Source: Octopus vulgaris
Lineage: Eukaryota
Length of the DNA: 64,000 nt
Assembly (NCBI GenBank): GCA_951406725.2
Contig: OX597828.1
Span: forward strand, 21,266,001 to 21,330,000
Direction: 5' to 3'
This document shows positions 44,651 to 57,717 of this stretch, piece after piece; the first letter of the stretch is position 1; each line of letters begins with the position of its first letter. The notes beneath the pieces were generated by a model, which was not told the DNA's origin, did no database searches, and saw only the letters and a list, made by a program, of their open reading frames with translations. Both the position numbers and the translations under genes were made by a program.

Positions 44651-45732
44651 ATCCACGTGCATACATACATACATAAATACATACATACATACAAGAATAT
44701 ATACACACATATATACAATATAATAAAAGATTCTTCTAGCGACAATACATAGCGCTGTGAGAACACATAGCCACAATATGTTGGGAGGTAGAATATATTT
44801 TACTGGGAAATAGTCTACTCACCAACAAAAGCACGCAGGTTGTAAAATAGTCGAATGTATTTCTTATCAGTATACGGTTACAAACATGTAGGACATTAAA
44901 CGGAGCTAAAAGAAAACATTATTAAATACATTACAAAATCAGGAAAATAATATTTAAATCAAAAGATGTGGTCTTATGTTTTATACTGGTTTTAATGGAA
45001 GTGTATATTTTATTCAAAGTTTTGTCATAAATATAGAGAAGATAAGAAAGATATTGAAAATAAAAACGAGTATTGGCTAGAGATGAAACCGAGTTTTTAT
45101 TCTTTTAATACGACATAATATGACAACGTTCTATATTGTATCTGGGGCCTATATATTTCGTATGGAAAATAATAAAGCAAATTCGTATTAAAATATACTG
45201 CAATCTTTTAGGCATGTGGAGCTGAGATGATGGATGTCACATGTAAATTCGATTAGAAATATTTATGTAATATTTGCCATAAATATGACTGTCATATAGG
45301 ATGTACAATTATAATTCTGTGTCATAGATTGAATATAAAACCTGCTTCAATACTAAAGCATAGCGGTACTGACAATATCATATAAGGCAGAAAATTAAAT
45401 TTCATAACCAAACGTTTATGGGTTAACGGAAACAGAATATGTGATTATGGATGGACTACAATCCAATGTAATATTATATAGAAGTTAGCAGTCTATTAAC
45501 ATACTATAGTTGTGCACCCAAACCTGATTCGAACGACCAAGAAAACAAAGAAACAACCTAGAAACAGCCAATAATTAATACGAAACACCATTTACCATTT
45601 CCCATGTCTCATCTCTGTTACTTTAAAACAGTGGTTCCTAATCTTTTCCCAGTGGTTTCCAACAGTGTTTTCTCAACCTTTTCATTTAAATGAGTTTTCC
45701 CAAGGACTCCTTTTAATATGCTTATCCTCATG

Positions 45733-45782
<50 letters not shown>

Positions 45783-45889
45783 CGTGTACATTAGAACACA
45801 TTAAGAGGCTTCCAAATAGGAAAGCCTTGTGCTAGAAAGAGCAGTAGAAAACTCAAACTACTAATTATGGATAAATTCTCGAAAGGATT

Positions 45890-45929
45890 GAAAATTAAAA
45901 ACGTTTACCGGTAAACGTTTTTAATTTTC
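45890..45929. repeat. perfect 40-bp palindrome
   Basis: GAAAATTAAAAACGTTTACC|GGTAAACGTTTTTAATTTTC. Confidence 0.95.
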
Positions 45930-46217
45930 GCTCAATAAACACACACAAAGCCTGGTTTGGGAATCGAAACCGCGATCCTCCGACCGCGAGTCCGCTGCCC
46001 TAACCACTGGGCCATTGCGCCTCCACTTGCGCCCTTTTAAAGTCTAGCCAGGTTCATGGGCCCGGTTTCAATGGCATATGTGTTCCCCAGCTGGACAGGA
46101 GCAACGTGAAATGAAGTGTTTTGTTCAAGAACACAACGCGTCGCCCGGTCCAGGAATCGAAACCACAATCTTACGATCATGATGCTGACACCCTCACCAC
46201 TAAGCCACGCGCCTCCA
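45925..46217 (-). mobile_element. truncated SINE B head (45925-46026) and SINE C (46037-46217)
   Basis: consensus matches. Confidence 0.8.
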
Positions 46218-46423
46218 CGATTATTCAAAATTAAGGAACATAAAAGAATTAAAAGACAATAATTATGTTTTCCTTCTTCATTATCTATTTGTTACTATTC
46301 AGGACGAAATTCGTTTTCCGGCTACTGTAAACTGAATTTTACAGTTTTATCTCATATGGTGATTGTGCTTCTCTATCTGCTTCCGCTGATAAGAGAACTG
46401 CAAGTAAAACTTTATGATTTCAG

Positions 46424-46551
46424 CAGAGATGGAGAAAGAAGCACAATCACCATTTGCTATAAACTTTATACTGCAGCAGTCAAAATATGGATTTAATCCT
46501 AAACGAAACATCAATGAAGAGAGAAAAGACATCAAGAATATTCTGCATTAA
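46424..46551 (+). CDS. possible terminal coding exon of an unidentified gene
   Basis: TTTATGATTTCAG acceptor; open frame EMEKEAQSPFAINFILQQSKYGFNPKRNINEERKDIKNILH*; AATAAA shortly downstream; no recognised homology. Confidence 0.2.
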
Positions 46552-47158
46552 CGACAGAATAAAATGTAATTCCTGGTTTAATTTCTTCTAACAGCTACAT
46601 ACAGTTCTGACCACAACATATACAATACAGCAATTCAGAGACTACGAATATTTCTTTGAAATATGACGCGTCTTAGAATGTAATGTTTTTTTTTTCTAAC
46701 CGGGATTGCAAAGAGCTGTTCTGATGAAACATAATAGGCCGAAACTCACGCGCAGGTGATGAAAATATTATTTGTTGAAATTAAATGGTTGTCTTCTGGT
46801 TTTATAATATTAAGGAGAAAAATATGTTTATAGGTAGAATTCAGAACGATAGAGACTCTAATGCCATTTCACTCACTCTCATTTTGTCTACTCTCTTGTG
46901 GTGAGGGGTTAAAATATGTCCCAGTTATAAACTGAATATCTGTATCTTCTATTCTTAGAAATGTTGAAGCTTTGGAAATTATGTTGATAAATTATTTTAA
47001 CGGCGTATGTCGGAGTGGACACTGCTATAAATAATAGCTTATAATCAATATAATTGGGTTTAAATCTTCGTTTATGGAAGAAAGGCTGAAGGCTACATGT
47101 GATTCTCCATTCGTTATAATAGACACTTCATCGTACCCACAACCACCCCATATGTATG

Positions 47159-47202
<44 letters not shown>

Positions 47203-47228
47203 CAGGTAGACAGACACACACATATGCA

Positions 47229-47336
<108 letters not shown>

Positions 47337-47338
47337 AT

Positions 47339-47402
<64 letters not shown>

Positions 47403-48786
47403 ACTGTGTGTATGCGCGCGCGTGTATGCTTGTGTGAGGAGAAAAAGAATTGCATGATTCGCGATGTAAATAGAAAAAAAAGGTATCAAATAAGAAACGG
47501 AACATACGGGAAATTTTCCTCTCATCAGTTTGCTAGACTAAGAGTTGATCAAACAATTTTATGCAGGGAAACCATAACGCTATTTTAGCCAACTAGTTTG
47601 GGGAAAATTCTTTAATAAATCGTGATGAACTTGTTAAAAAGGAATTCACGAATGTCATCCTTTTGTCCGAATTTGCGAAAAAGGCTGTAACTATACTACA
47701 GTGTTACACTTTGACGATAGGGAAATATTGCATCATCTGGCTCCAGTAATCTAGCGGGCCATCATGTTTTTTAATCACTCAGAATGTATTATAATTGTTA
47801 GTTATAATACTTTATACACCAGATGTATTTCGAGAGTAATGTGGAAAGCTGTTTTCGTCAGTATTTGAATGCTCTTAAACATATTGCAGAAATTCAAGAG
47901 AATTTTTCGTTAGCTCCATGTAGTTTTGGCTTCTGTTTCAAAGTCATCTGGTGGAACATATTTTGATAAATTAACACTTTTAGATTGTCGTTGATATGGC
48001 AGATATTAGGTTCGCTTCTATAGAAGGGAAGAATTTTACACGTTTATACGGCAAAAATTGCCTTATACAGGCTGTAGAAACAGCAAAAGCTTTAGAGTAT
48101 CTATAGATTACTGTATAACCATTTTCGAAAAAAATCTTGTGATATCTCTGGTGTATGGAGAAATGCTGAATTAAACTTTTAGAAAACCGTAGATATTTTT
48201 GCATTGTTTGATGTTTCCATGGATCAAAACATGGAAATGAGGTTTGTAAATTAACAGGATTGCACAGGCTGGATATACCTCGGAAAAAAGGCTTGTTTTA
48301 TTTGAATTATTATCCATTATCAATCGGTGAAATTTAAAAGGTCATATAATGGATGCTATAAGGAAGGAGTTCAGTAACATCTTGAAAGTGTTAGATTTAG
48401 GATATCATAGTCAATACGAATATATGCAGTTTAATTTCTCTAGAATAATTTCTTAGATATAGCCGTAATAATTTATCTTTTAGGTTCTAATATATAATCA
48501 TATCTATAAAAGGCATGATATGTGTGTACGTGATTGTAATTTATGCACATCCACAAATTAGCACGCATGTCACTCAAATTTTAGGAGGACATTCGTCAAC
48601 ATCCTATCTGGGTTTTATCAACTTATTTTTTTCCCAAGTCAACCGCGTAAAAATCTATTTTCAACCATAGCTTTTAGCCATGAAAATATCAGCCATAGCT
48701 TTATTGACGGCGTCTAACAAAAAAAGATAAAGAAAAGTGGAAGAAGGAGGCAGAGAGTTTCACGGGAAAGACAAAGTGAGAAAGGA

Positions 48787-48832
<46 letters not shown>

Positions 48833-49381
48833 TAAGTGACAACGTTCATAAAAAATAAAATGTAAAATGTTTTGTTTTTTGTTTTTGAAAGACACCATAT
48901 TTGATAATTATAGTATATATACTTTCTCACACAACAATTACAATATATTTATTTTAAATCGTTTATCTTTCTCCTCCCTCTCTCTCACACACATTACTGT
49001 GGGTGCGAAAGAGTTTTGTTTTTATTTTACGCCGAGTAAAAAAGTGTTTTGTTGACAATCCATTTATTTAACAACAAGGAAACAAAGAGGTGAGTACCAA
49101 TTTGCCAGTAAATTACACAATATAAATGGGTACAATTTGCGAGGCTTCCACCGCATCCAACTCCGTTTCACGGAGCACAAAAAGGGTTTTGAGGCCAGAG
49201 TAGTTGATTCTACGCCAAAAAAAAAAAAACGATTTTTTTCTTCGTGACAATCGTGCGAGTGTTAATCTACAAATTTAACAAAATTTTTCCATTCATTTCT
49301 GTTTATGAACATGTATGCGTGCACAAAACACGCAATAGGTGTACGCACGTACGTGTGTGTATGTATGTTCATATCTGTTGC

Positions 49382-49409
<28 letters not shown>

Positions 49410-49416
<7 letters not shown>

Positions 49417-49870
49417 ATCAACAGTACAGTTCTACCTGCAATGTTGTATGGTAGTGAAACATGGGCTACAACAAAGAGAGAAGAGCAGAGACTGGTAACG
49501 GCTCAAAGAGCCATGGAAAGGTCAATGCTTGGTATCTCGTTGAGAGAGCACATCAGTAGCGAGATCATCAGAAAGAAGTCCGGCGTGAGGGATGTCATCG
49601 CAGAGTATACACGCAGCAAGTTTAGATGGGCTGGACACGTCGCCCGGCTCACCGATAATCGGTGGACCCGCGCAGTTGTCGAGTGGTACCTGCGCGAGCG
49701 GAAACGACCACCCGGAAGGGCTCCACGATGGTGGAGTTACGATTTCAGGAGGACGATTGGGATCACGTGGATGAGAAAGGCGTGATCCAGAGAGGAGTGG
49801 ACAGCGTGCTGTGACCAGCGGTGTCAAATGGACGCCCGACGGACAGGTCGGTCAAGGTGATCAAGATGAT
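49410..49870 (+). mobile_element. RTE-clade LINE 3' fragment
   Basis: VLPAMLYGSETW...QRAMERSMLG...RWAGHVARLTDNRW...KRPPGR. Confidence 0.92.
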
Positions 49871-50404
49871 ATATATATATAATATATATAATATAACTAA
49901 TTTCAACGGATTTCGCCCAAATTTGACGTCTATATTACTTAGTTTGGTTTGAAATAAAGAACTTGATTAGTTTAATAATCGTAACTTAATCCCGGGCAAG
50001 GCCGAGTTATATTGCTAGTATATATATATATATGAATAAATAAACGTTTTGTTTATCATGTAGGCAGTCATCGTAATTATTGTTTTGTCTTGTTGTTGAG
50101 AGAGGATCCCTTTCTTTCCCGATGAGAAGATTGCATCTTACACCGTTTATTCCTTTGGAATAAAACCATGTTGTCTTCGAAACATATGTCGAAAGTAAAG
50201 GCATTTTATTAACACCTTCGTTCAACTCCATTTATTTATTTATTTATTCATATATAACACACAAATTTCTGCACATGAACCCGGAGTTTCTACCTTTGGA
50301 TAGGTCGCTTCAACCGTGTTTCTGACGTGACTTTGCTACCCTGGTATCGGTTCATCGAACTTTCCATATTGACGGTAAACATAGGATAATTCATTCACCC
50401 ATCG

Positions 50405-50461
<57 letters not shown>

Positions 50462-50464
50462 TAT

Positions 50465-50516
<52 letters not shown>

Positions 50517-50807
50517 CACATATATATATATTATATATATACATATGAATATATATATTACATATATATAAATATATATAAATCTATACACATATACACA
50601 CAATTTACAAACATATATATACGCACATGTAACGACGTTCATGTAAATGTATATAATATAATACTTGTTTGTTTGTATGTGCGGATGCATGCATGTTTGT
50701 GTGTGTAGGTGTGTCTATATGTCTGAGGGTGTGTATAAATATGTATTGAAAAAGGATGAATTTATGCTGAATTTAATTGGTTCAATCATAATAAATGTGT
50801 CACGTGC

Positions 50808-50887
<80 letters not shown>

Positions 50888-51082
50888 CTCTGTCTGTCTG
50901 TGTTAAGATCATTTAGAATGCATGTGTATATGTATGTGTGTATATATATGTGTGTTTGTATATATATATGGATATTCCTGACATACTTATTCTCGCTCAG
51001 TCAATGAACTTTCATTTCTCTGAACACGTAGTCACACACACACATTTACACACACTTATTTAATGTGTTTACATCCATTCCT

Positions 51083-51166
<84 letters not shown>

Positions 51167-51180
51167 ATATCGATCTATCT

Positions 51181-51587
51181 TGAACTGGAAGAAACGTTAG
51201 CGCGCCGGGCGAAATGCTTAGCGGTATTTCGTCTGCCGTTACGTTCTGAGTTCAAATTCCACCAAGGTCGACTTTGCCTTTCATAGTTTCGGAGTCGATA
51301 AATCAAGTACCAGTTACGCACTGGGGTCGATATAATCGACTTAATCCGTTTGTCTGTCCTTGCTTGTCCCCTCTGTGTTTAGCCCCTTGTGGGTAGTAAA
51401 AAAATAGGTATTTCGTCTGCCTTTATGCTCTGAGTTCAAATTCCGCCGAGGTCGACTTTGCCTTTCATCCTTTTGGGGTCGATAAATTAAGTACCAGTTA
51501 CGCGCTGGGGTCGATGTAATCGACTTAATCTCTTTGTCTGTCTTTGTTTGTCTCCTCTATGTTTTGCCCCTTGTGGGCAATAAAGAA

Positions 51588-51588
<1 letters not shown>
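51181..51588 (+). mobile_element. SINE family A dimer (184-bp period)
   Basis: GGTATTTCGTCTGCC at 51223 and 51407. Confidence 0.85.
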
Positions 51589-51667
<79 letters not shown>

Positions 51668-51668
51668 C

Positions 51669-51777
<109 letters not shown>

Positions 51778-52482
51778 TTACCTGTCTGTCTATTTATTTA
51801 TCTCTCTCTCTGTCCACACACACACGCACACACACACACACACACACATATGGCCGTTATTTTCGCTATTATCTCGATATCCTTCACTTTATAAAAGATA
51901 TATTACGTATAACATACACTGTATTTTGTCAGAGTTCATTTTCTGAAAATATATATCTTCGTTATTGATAATAATAAATATTAAATTCATATTTATACCT
52001 ATAATTACGCTCAAATTTATTGCCTCTAACAAACGGTAATCTTTTAATTCTCTCTATATCATTAAAAAAAGTCCATTTGCCATCCTTGTCATAACAAATT
52101 AGTTTTTGTTTCGTTTTGTTTGTTGTTATGTATTTACTTTTTCTTTTCAGAAATGGTTCATCCTGTAATATTGTTTATAATCACATGCTGACATAGATTA
52201 TATGTGAGTATCACTGTAAAGAGTACATTGCCTGTGGAATACTCAACCACTTAAGTTATTAAATACATCGAATAGTTAGGTTGATATCGAACAGTTTGGA
52301 TCTTGGAAAATTATCTTTGAAACTAATATTAGATCGCTTCACATCATATACATACAGAAGCATCAAGTCATCCATTCATCCACTTATCCCTCCATCAATC
52401 CAACCACCCATCAAAAATCCATCCATGCATGCATATGATATACATATTCACATACATTTATGTTATATATATATATATATAT

Positions 52483-52684
52483 AGAGACGCCATGATTGAT
52501 CGTTAGCTCCTACACGCATTTTTCTCTCTCCTTGTTTCTCTCCTTGTTTTTGTCTGTGTATCTTTCTGTCGAAGAGCGTAGGCTCGAAACGTAAAAGACT
52601 TTTTCTATTCCTGAGCGCTATACTAATACATTTGTTTGTTTGTACTCCACCTGCTTTCGCCTTTTGTTTATTTTCGTAAACTTT

Positions 52685-52688
<4 letters not shown>
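52483..52688 (+). mobile_element. family E copy; hammerhead-like motif at 52561-52598
   Basis: TCTTT-CTGTCGAA-GAGC GTAG GCTC-GAAA-CG-TA-AAAGA; (TA)n on both sides. Confidence 0.75.
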
Positions 52689-52759
<71 letters not shown>

Positions 52760-52760
<1 letters not shown>

Positions 52761-53095
52761 GAGACCCCCTTCGGTCACGACACAGATCATGGGATTGCAC
52801 CTAGAAAGTTACCCTCCCAAGCACAAGTCCGGGCAAGGTTGTTAATGGAAGACCAGCAGTCGCCCATGCATACCGGCCTCCCGTCTCCACGCCACCAGTG
52901 TTATCCAAGGGAAAAGCAAAGGCCGTTACAGCTTGGCACCTGTGACGTCGCAACTCATTTCTACAGCTGAGTGAATTGCAGCAACGTGAAATAAAGTGTC
53001 TTGCTCAAGAACACAACACGCAGACCGGTCCGGGATTCGAGCTCACAACCTCACGATCGTAAGCTCGACGCTCCAACCACTGAGCCATGCGCCTT

Positions 53096-53096
<1 letters not shown>
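52760..53096 (-). mobile_element. full-length SINE family C with long tail
   Basis: tRNA-like head, CTTGAGCAAGACACTTTATTTCACG core; tail also at 63790-63990 and ~13400-13560. Confidence 0.85.
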
Positions 53097-53194
<98 letters not shown>

Positions 53195-53223
53195 CGAGAA
53201 AAAAGCAACAAGAATGGATAGGT

Positions 53224-53314
53224 TTTTAGTACAATCGTTTCATACAAGGACAGGCTTTATTAAAAGTTGCAAAAATTGCAGCATATAAACGTGTCCCGTA
53301 CTCATCAGCTAAAA
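53224..53314 (-). ncRNA. mirror copy of the hammerhead in the left arm
   Basis: reverse complement of 53655-53745. Confidence 0.8.
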
Positions 53315-53654
53315 TACATGTGAGTTCTCTAGACATCCTAGTGGTTGAGGCTATACTCATGAAGTAATGTAGATAATTAAGTAACATAAACAGATTTCCA
53401 AAGTTCATTAAAGTTCTTTAAAGATGATGTACAGTCTTATCACAGAATTTTAAAAAAGTTTTAATAGCATCACAGAGAAGGTGACTTAATCCATAGTGTA
53501 CATATGAATTTCCAGAGATATTTCTGTGATAAGACTGTACATCATCTTTAAAGAACTTTAATGAACTTTGGAAATCTGTTTATGTTACTTAATTATCTAC
53601 ATTACTTCATGAGTATAGCCTCAACCACTAGGATGTTTAGAGAACTCACATGTA

Positions 53655-53745
53655 TTTTAGCTGATGAGTACGGGACACGTTTATATGCTGCAATTTTTGC
53701 AACTTTTAATAAAGCCTGTCCTTGTATGAAACGATTGTACTAAAA
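53655..53745 (+). ncRNA. type I hammerhead ribozyme, intact core
   Basis: TTTTAG-CTGATGA-GTAC GGGACA...TGTCCT t GTAT-GAAA-CGATTG-TA-CTAAAA. Confidence 0.8.
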
Positions 53746-53892
53746 ACCTATCCATTCTTGTTGCTTTTTTCTCGCTTATAATCACCCCACATTACTGTAT
53801 TGTTAAAACCGTATAGTTTGTTTTGGTGCATCTAAGTTAGGTACCATATTCAAGTAAATTCATTTAAATTAACTTGAATCTTTATTGCTTTT

Positions 53893-53981
<89 letters not shown>

Positions 53982-54004
53982 GTATATGTATATATATATA
54001 TGTA

Positions 54005-54598
54005 CACTTGTTTTCAATAATAGAAATATTTCCCACGGCGTGTTCGAAGGTTATAATGGACACAGTTTGTGTGTCAAATAGGTATGTTAAGGCGATGGCC
54101 TCATGGAGCTAATCAGCGACAGCTTTTAGTCTTATATCTATAAGACTGCCATATTAATATGGCGATAACAATTAATTTCCAGTAACGCTGCCGTAATCTC
54201 TTTTAGAGAGACTTAGTAATTTTAATATTTCTATTATTGAAAACAAGTGAATGTATTCCACCGAAACTAGGTAAATAAAACCTTCGAACAGAGACGATCA
54301 GTGGCGACACCTGCTGGGTCGACTACGCTACATTGACAAAGGGCAAATACCCTGAAACGCGTATGTAGCTGTCTGACTAGCAGTGTGAAGCGGCTGACCT
54401 CCCTTGTTCGAAGGTTATAATGGACACAGTTTGTGTGTCAAATAGCTATCTTAAGGCGATGGCCTCATGGAGCTAATCAGCGACAGCTTTTAGTCTTATA
54501 TCTATAAGACTGCCATATTAATATGGCGATAACAATTAATTTCCAGTAACGCTGCCGTAATCTCTTTTAGAGAGACTTAGTAATTTTAATATTTCTAT
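54005..54598 (+). mobile_element. retrozyme/pLTR-like element: 194-bp direct repeats (54041-54234, 54405-54598; period 364) plus 26-bp inverted 5' piece
   Basis: direct reading; hammerhead located between the repeats. Confidence 0.75.
54327..54369 (+). ncRNA. minimal type I hammerhead motif with degenerate core
   Basis: GCTACA-TTGACAA-AGGG CAAATA CCCT-GAAA-CGCG-TA-TGTAGC. Confidence 0.65.
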
Positions 54599-54672
54599 AT
54601 TTTTGTTTTTGTTTTTGTTTTTGTTTTTCCAGTTTCAGCTCTTGAGCTGTGGCCATGCTGGGGCACCGCCAT

Positions 54673-54834
54673 TGTGGTGAAAGAGTACAGCAGGGATCAC
54701 CACCCCCTGCCGGAGCCTCGTAGAGCTTTTAGGTGTTTTCGCTCAATAAACACACACAACGCCCGGTCTGAGAATCGAAACCGCGATCCTGCGACCGCGA
54801 GTCCGCTGCCCTAACCACTAGGCCATTGCGCCTC

Positions 54835-54838
<4 letters not shown>
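54673..54838 (-). mobile_element. SINE family B, 5' part
   Basis: consensus match. Confidence 0.8.
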
Positions 54839-54924
<86 letters not shown>

Positions 54925-55369
54925 TAAATGAGATGACAAAGGGAAAAACGATTGTTATGAGCTTCAGTAGCTTACCGTTGTTTCTGCTATACGATGCAGT
55001 GGACTCATTTTTGAGAGCTTGTAGCTTCTTCGGAGCCTCGAATATGAAGTGCAATTTATTTAGGAAAAGAACTACATTTGTGCATATATGTAGGGAAACG
55101 CATTACCAGTGAGAAAGTTAATACAGACATCCGTGAAGTGCTCAGCCACTTGCTGCAAGTTAATTACACGAGGAAGCTATACCGTTGATCGGATCCAACC
55201 GGAACGCTCAACTCACCATCGTAACGGACGGTGAACCAGTTGGTCGATAAAGGACCAGTTGAACACTGGGGGTCGATGTAATCGAAATACCTCTTCCTCT
55301 GAACTTCCTGGACTTGTGTCAAAATTTGAAACCAACGTCATATATCAACTGATTATAGTTTCTCGTTTA

Positions 55370-56200
55370 CCTGAGCTTTGACAATTTCTACAAAAGAATC
55401 TTGTTATGTTGAGTGCTACCTGTGCAGGTCTTCTCTATTTAGTAGATAATTTCTGTGAACACCTGCCTATGGATGGGTTAATTTAGCTATTGTCAGCATT
55501 TTCTGTTTTAGTATCTAGTTTCTTCATTTTACTCCTTGTCCAGTTTATGATATTGTAACTTGTTATTACACGTTAAGCTAAATTATTGATGGCTTCAAAT
55601 TTGTTTGACGTATATTTAGCTCTTCTTAAGTCTAAATCACGCTCTCTTGGAATATTTAACTCCTTCTTCAGTATAAATCTTGCTCTCCTTTGGAGGTTTC
55701 TCTTGCATGGAAAACTGTTCTATGGTACCTCCTTTATCTACAACTGCTACTTGTATGCCTTCCTGTTCAAACTGCTTGATTTCATTGTTATAATAAAATG
55801 TTTGTATATGTTTTAAGTCACGGTAAGCTAATCCTTCTTGAATGTGGCTTTAGTATATTTATCTGAACCAATCTCCTTTTTAAAGCCATCACTGAATGTC
55901 ATTACAATATTTCGTAGGCGATCTTATTGCTACAGTTATTTTGGCGAAGGCTTTTCAGATCATCTACATAAAACAGTTCAATGAGATATTTTCTGTTTCA
56001 TACTTATAGTGGTTGTTGTTGAGTAAAGTAGAGAGTGATGTTAGCGCAATACAGAGAAGCATTGGAGGGAGTGAGTCTTCTTGAAGAACTCTACTCTTCA
56101 AGTTAATGAATCTTGATGCTATTGACCTTCATTGCAGTTTAGATATAGTGCTGTTTTCTAAATTTTCGCGCTTCCAATCATTATAATTAATACGCTAGTG
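55370..56200 (-). mobile_element. degenerate R4/Dong-type RT fragment
   Basis: GVLQEDSLPPMLLCIAL, FYVDDLK, TFSDGFKKEIGSDK, YNIINWT..KKLDTKT. Confidence 0.75.
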
Positions 56201-56229
56201 CAAGTAATTTAGTTAGTAAGTATTTCATC

Positions 56230-57190
56230 TTGAGGTTTGATGACAAGTTTCCTTAAATCTTAAGAAGCTTTTTTAGGATTCTTCCAAAATATACGAGGGT
56301 GAGTCAAAAAATAATGCCATTTTGTTTAGGACAGGTTTAATTACCAACACAGGAACATGTATCATGCATAAAAATGAAGCTGGTCCTCTGTGAATCACAT
56401 CCCTATTTCTCAACACAGTCACCGTTTCTCTCAATAGTAATGTTCCACCTTCGAATGAGAGCATGTATCCCTGTCCCGTAAAATTCTGTTGACTGTTCTT
56501 TGAGCCATTTCTTCACTACAGTTTTCACTTCCTCGTCACTGGACTATCATCTCTTCGGCCTCTTAGGCAAACATTATTCTAGTGACGAGGAAGTGAAAAC
56601 TGGAGTGAAGAAGTGGCTCAAAGAACAATCAACAAAATTCTACGGGGCAGAGGTACATGCTCTCATTCGAAGGTGGAACATTGCTATTGAGAGTAACGGT
56701 GACTATGTTGAGAAGTATGGATGTGATCTATAGAAGACCAGCTTCCTTTTGATGTATGATTCATATTCTTGTGTTGGTAATTATACCTGTCCTAAACAAA
56801 ATGGCATCACCTTTTGACACATCCTCGTAGGACGGTAATTTATGCAATCGACAAGGCAAGTTCTAATTCCAATCTCCTTCAGACTTTTTGGTAGCGTTTT
56901 AGATGTTGAGCTAAATGCACCTGTTGCCCCAGGTTTCCATAGTCTACTTAACTATGGTTAAATCCTGATTTTTCTTAGTTTTTCAATTTTCTTTGATATC
57001 GACTCAACTATCATAGGGAATTGCAAAATATAAGATCTTACACTGTATATTTTGTCCTCTATGATCATATCTGATCTTTATGTGTCAGTAGTATGGTCCG
57101 CCTATATGTCCCACAAGTTCTTGTAATTCACGCTTTCTATAACACCTTCTGGTTCGTGTTCATACCACCTTTTCTGCTACTTTGAAGATA
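56230..57190 (-). mobile_element. degenerate R4/Dong-type RLE C-terminus interrupted by the mariner MITE
   Basis: WYEHEPEGVIE..LWD; ...GRILKKLLKI* resumes on the far side of the MITE. Confidence 0.65.
56292..56829. mobile_element. mariner-derived fold-back MITE made of two inverted 3' ends
   Basis: TA-CGAGG...CCTCG-TA termini; ~250-bp inverted arms; DYHLF...RW....NGDYVEK transposase C-terminus. Confidence 0.9.
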
Positions 57191-57199
57191 GACACTTAG

Positions 57200-57685
57200 G
57201 TGGCATCCCAGCCTCACAACCATATGTGAACGGCATGGTGATCTCATATCAAGAAAAACATTGCATGATCTTGCAAGTGGGACCCAGTTAGAATTTTCTT
57301 CAGGCTGAGTAGCCCATCCCGCTCAAAAGCTCCTTGACTAAAGGTTTGTTTAAGGATGTCGAACGGAACACCCATGTTTCCAGAGATGAATTATCCAAAC
57401 CCCAAAGAATTCCTCTTATGCGCATGGCTATGATGCGCCTCTACTACTTCTGCTCATGATCAGAGATGCACATATCATCAGCTACCAAAGGACATGCTCA
57501 ACTTGTTAAGGTCAAACAACTGACAAGCAAATCTGTGGTATTGAGCAGAATATTTGCTGTAGCCCATCTTTTATACCAAGACTCTATATACGTATGATGA
57601 ATATATATATATATGTACAAGATAACACGTCAAATCAGTTAAGATGAGAGGCCATGAGAGCCATTACCTAGTCTGCATCAGGGTA
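57200..57685. mobile_element. second copy of the non-coding repeat at 31250-33170
   Basis: reverse-complement similarity. Confidence 0.7.
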
Positions 57686-57717
57686 TTTCATCATCATCAT
57701 CATCATTATTATTATTA

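Larger units (their letters stand above)
53193..53776. repeat. 255-bp near-perfect inverted repeat (53193-53447 / 53522-53776) with 74-bp spacer
   Basis: the arms are reverse complements with one mismatch seen. Confidence 0.95.

Noticed and set aside
45629-45682. Three CAGTG(G/T)TT..CAACC-like motifs resembling hAT termini
   Set aside because: No matching opposite TIR or 8-bp TSD found
46720-46750. CTGATGA...GAAAC hammerhead-like core
   Set aside because: Stem II barely pairs, and no stem I/III or NUH lies in register
50270-50330. Minus-strand TTGAAGC..ACCT/AGGT..GAAAC in a TA-adjacent element (similar case at ~6045-6085)
   Set aside because: Possibly decayed hammerheads, but too many core changes to call from one copy
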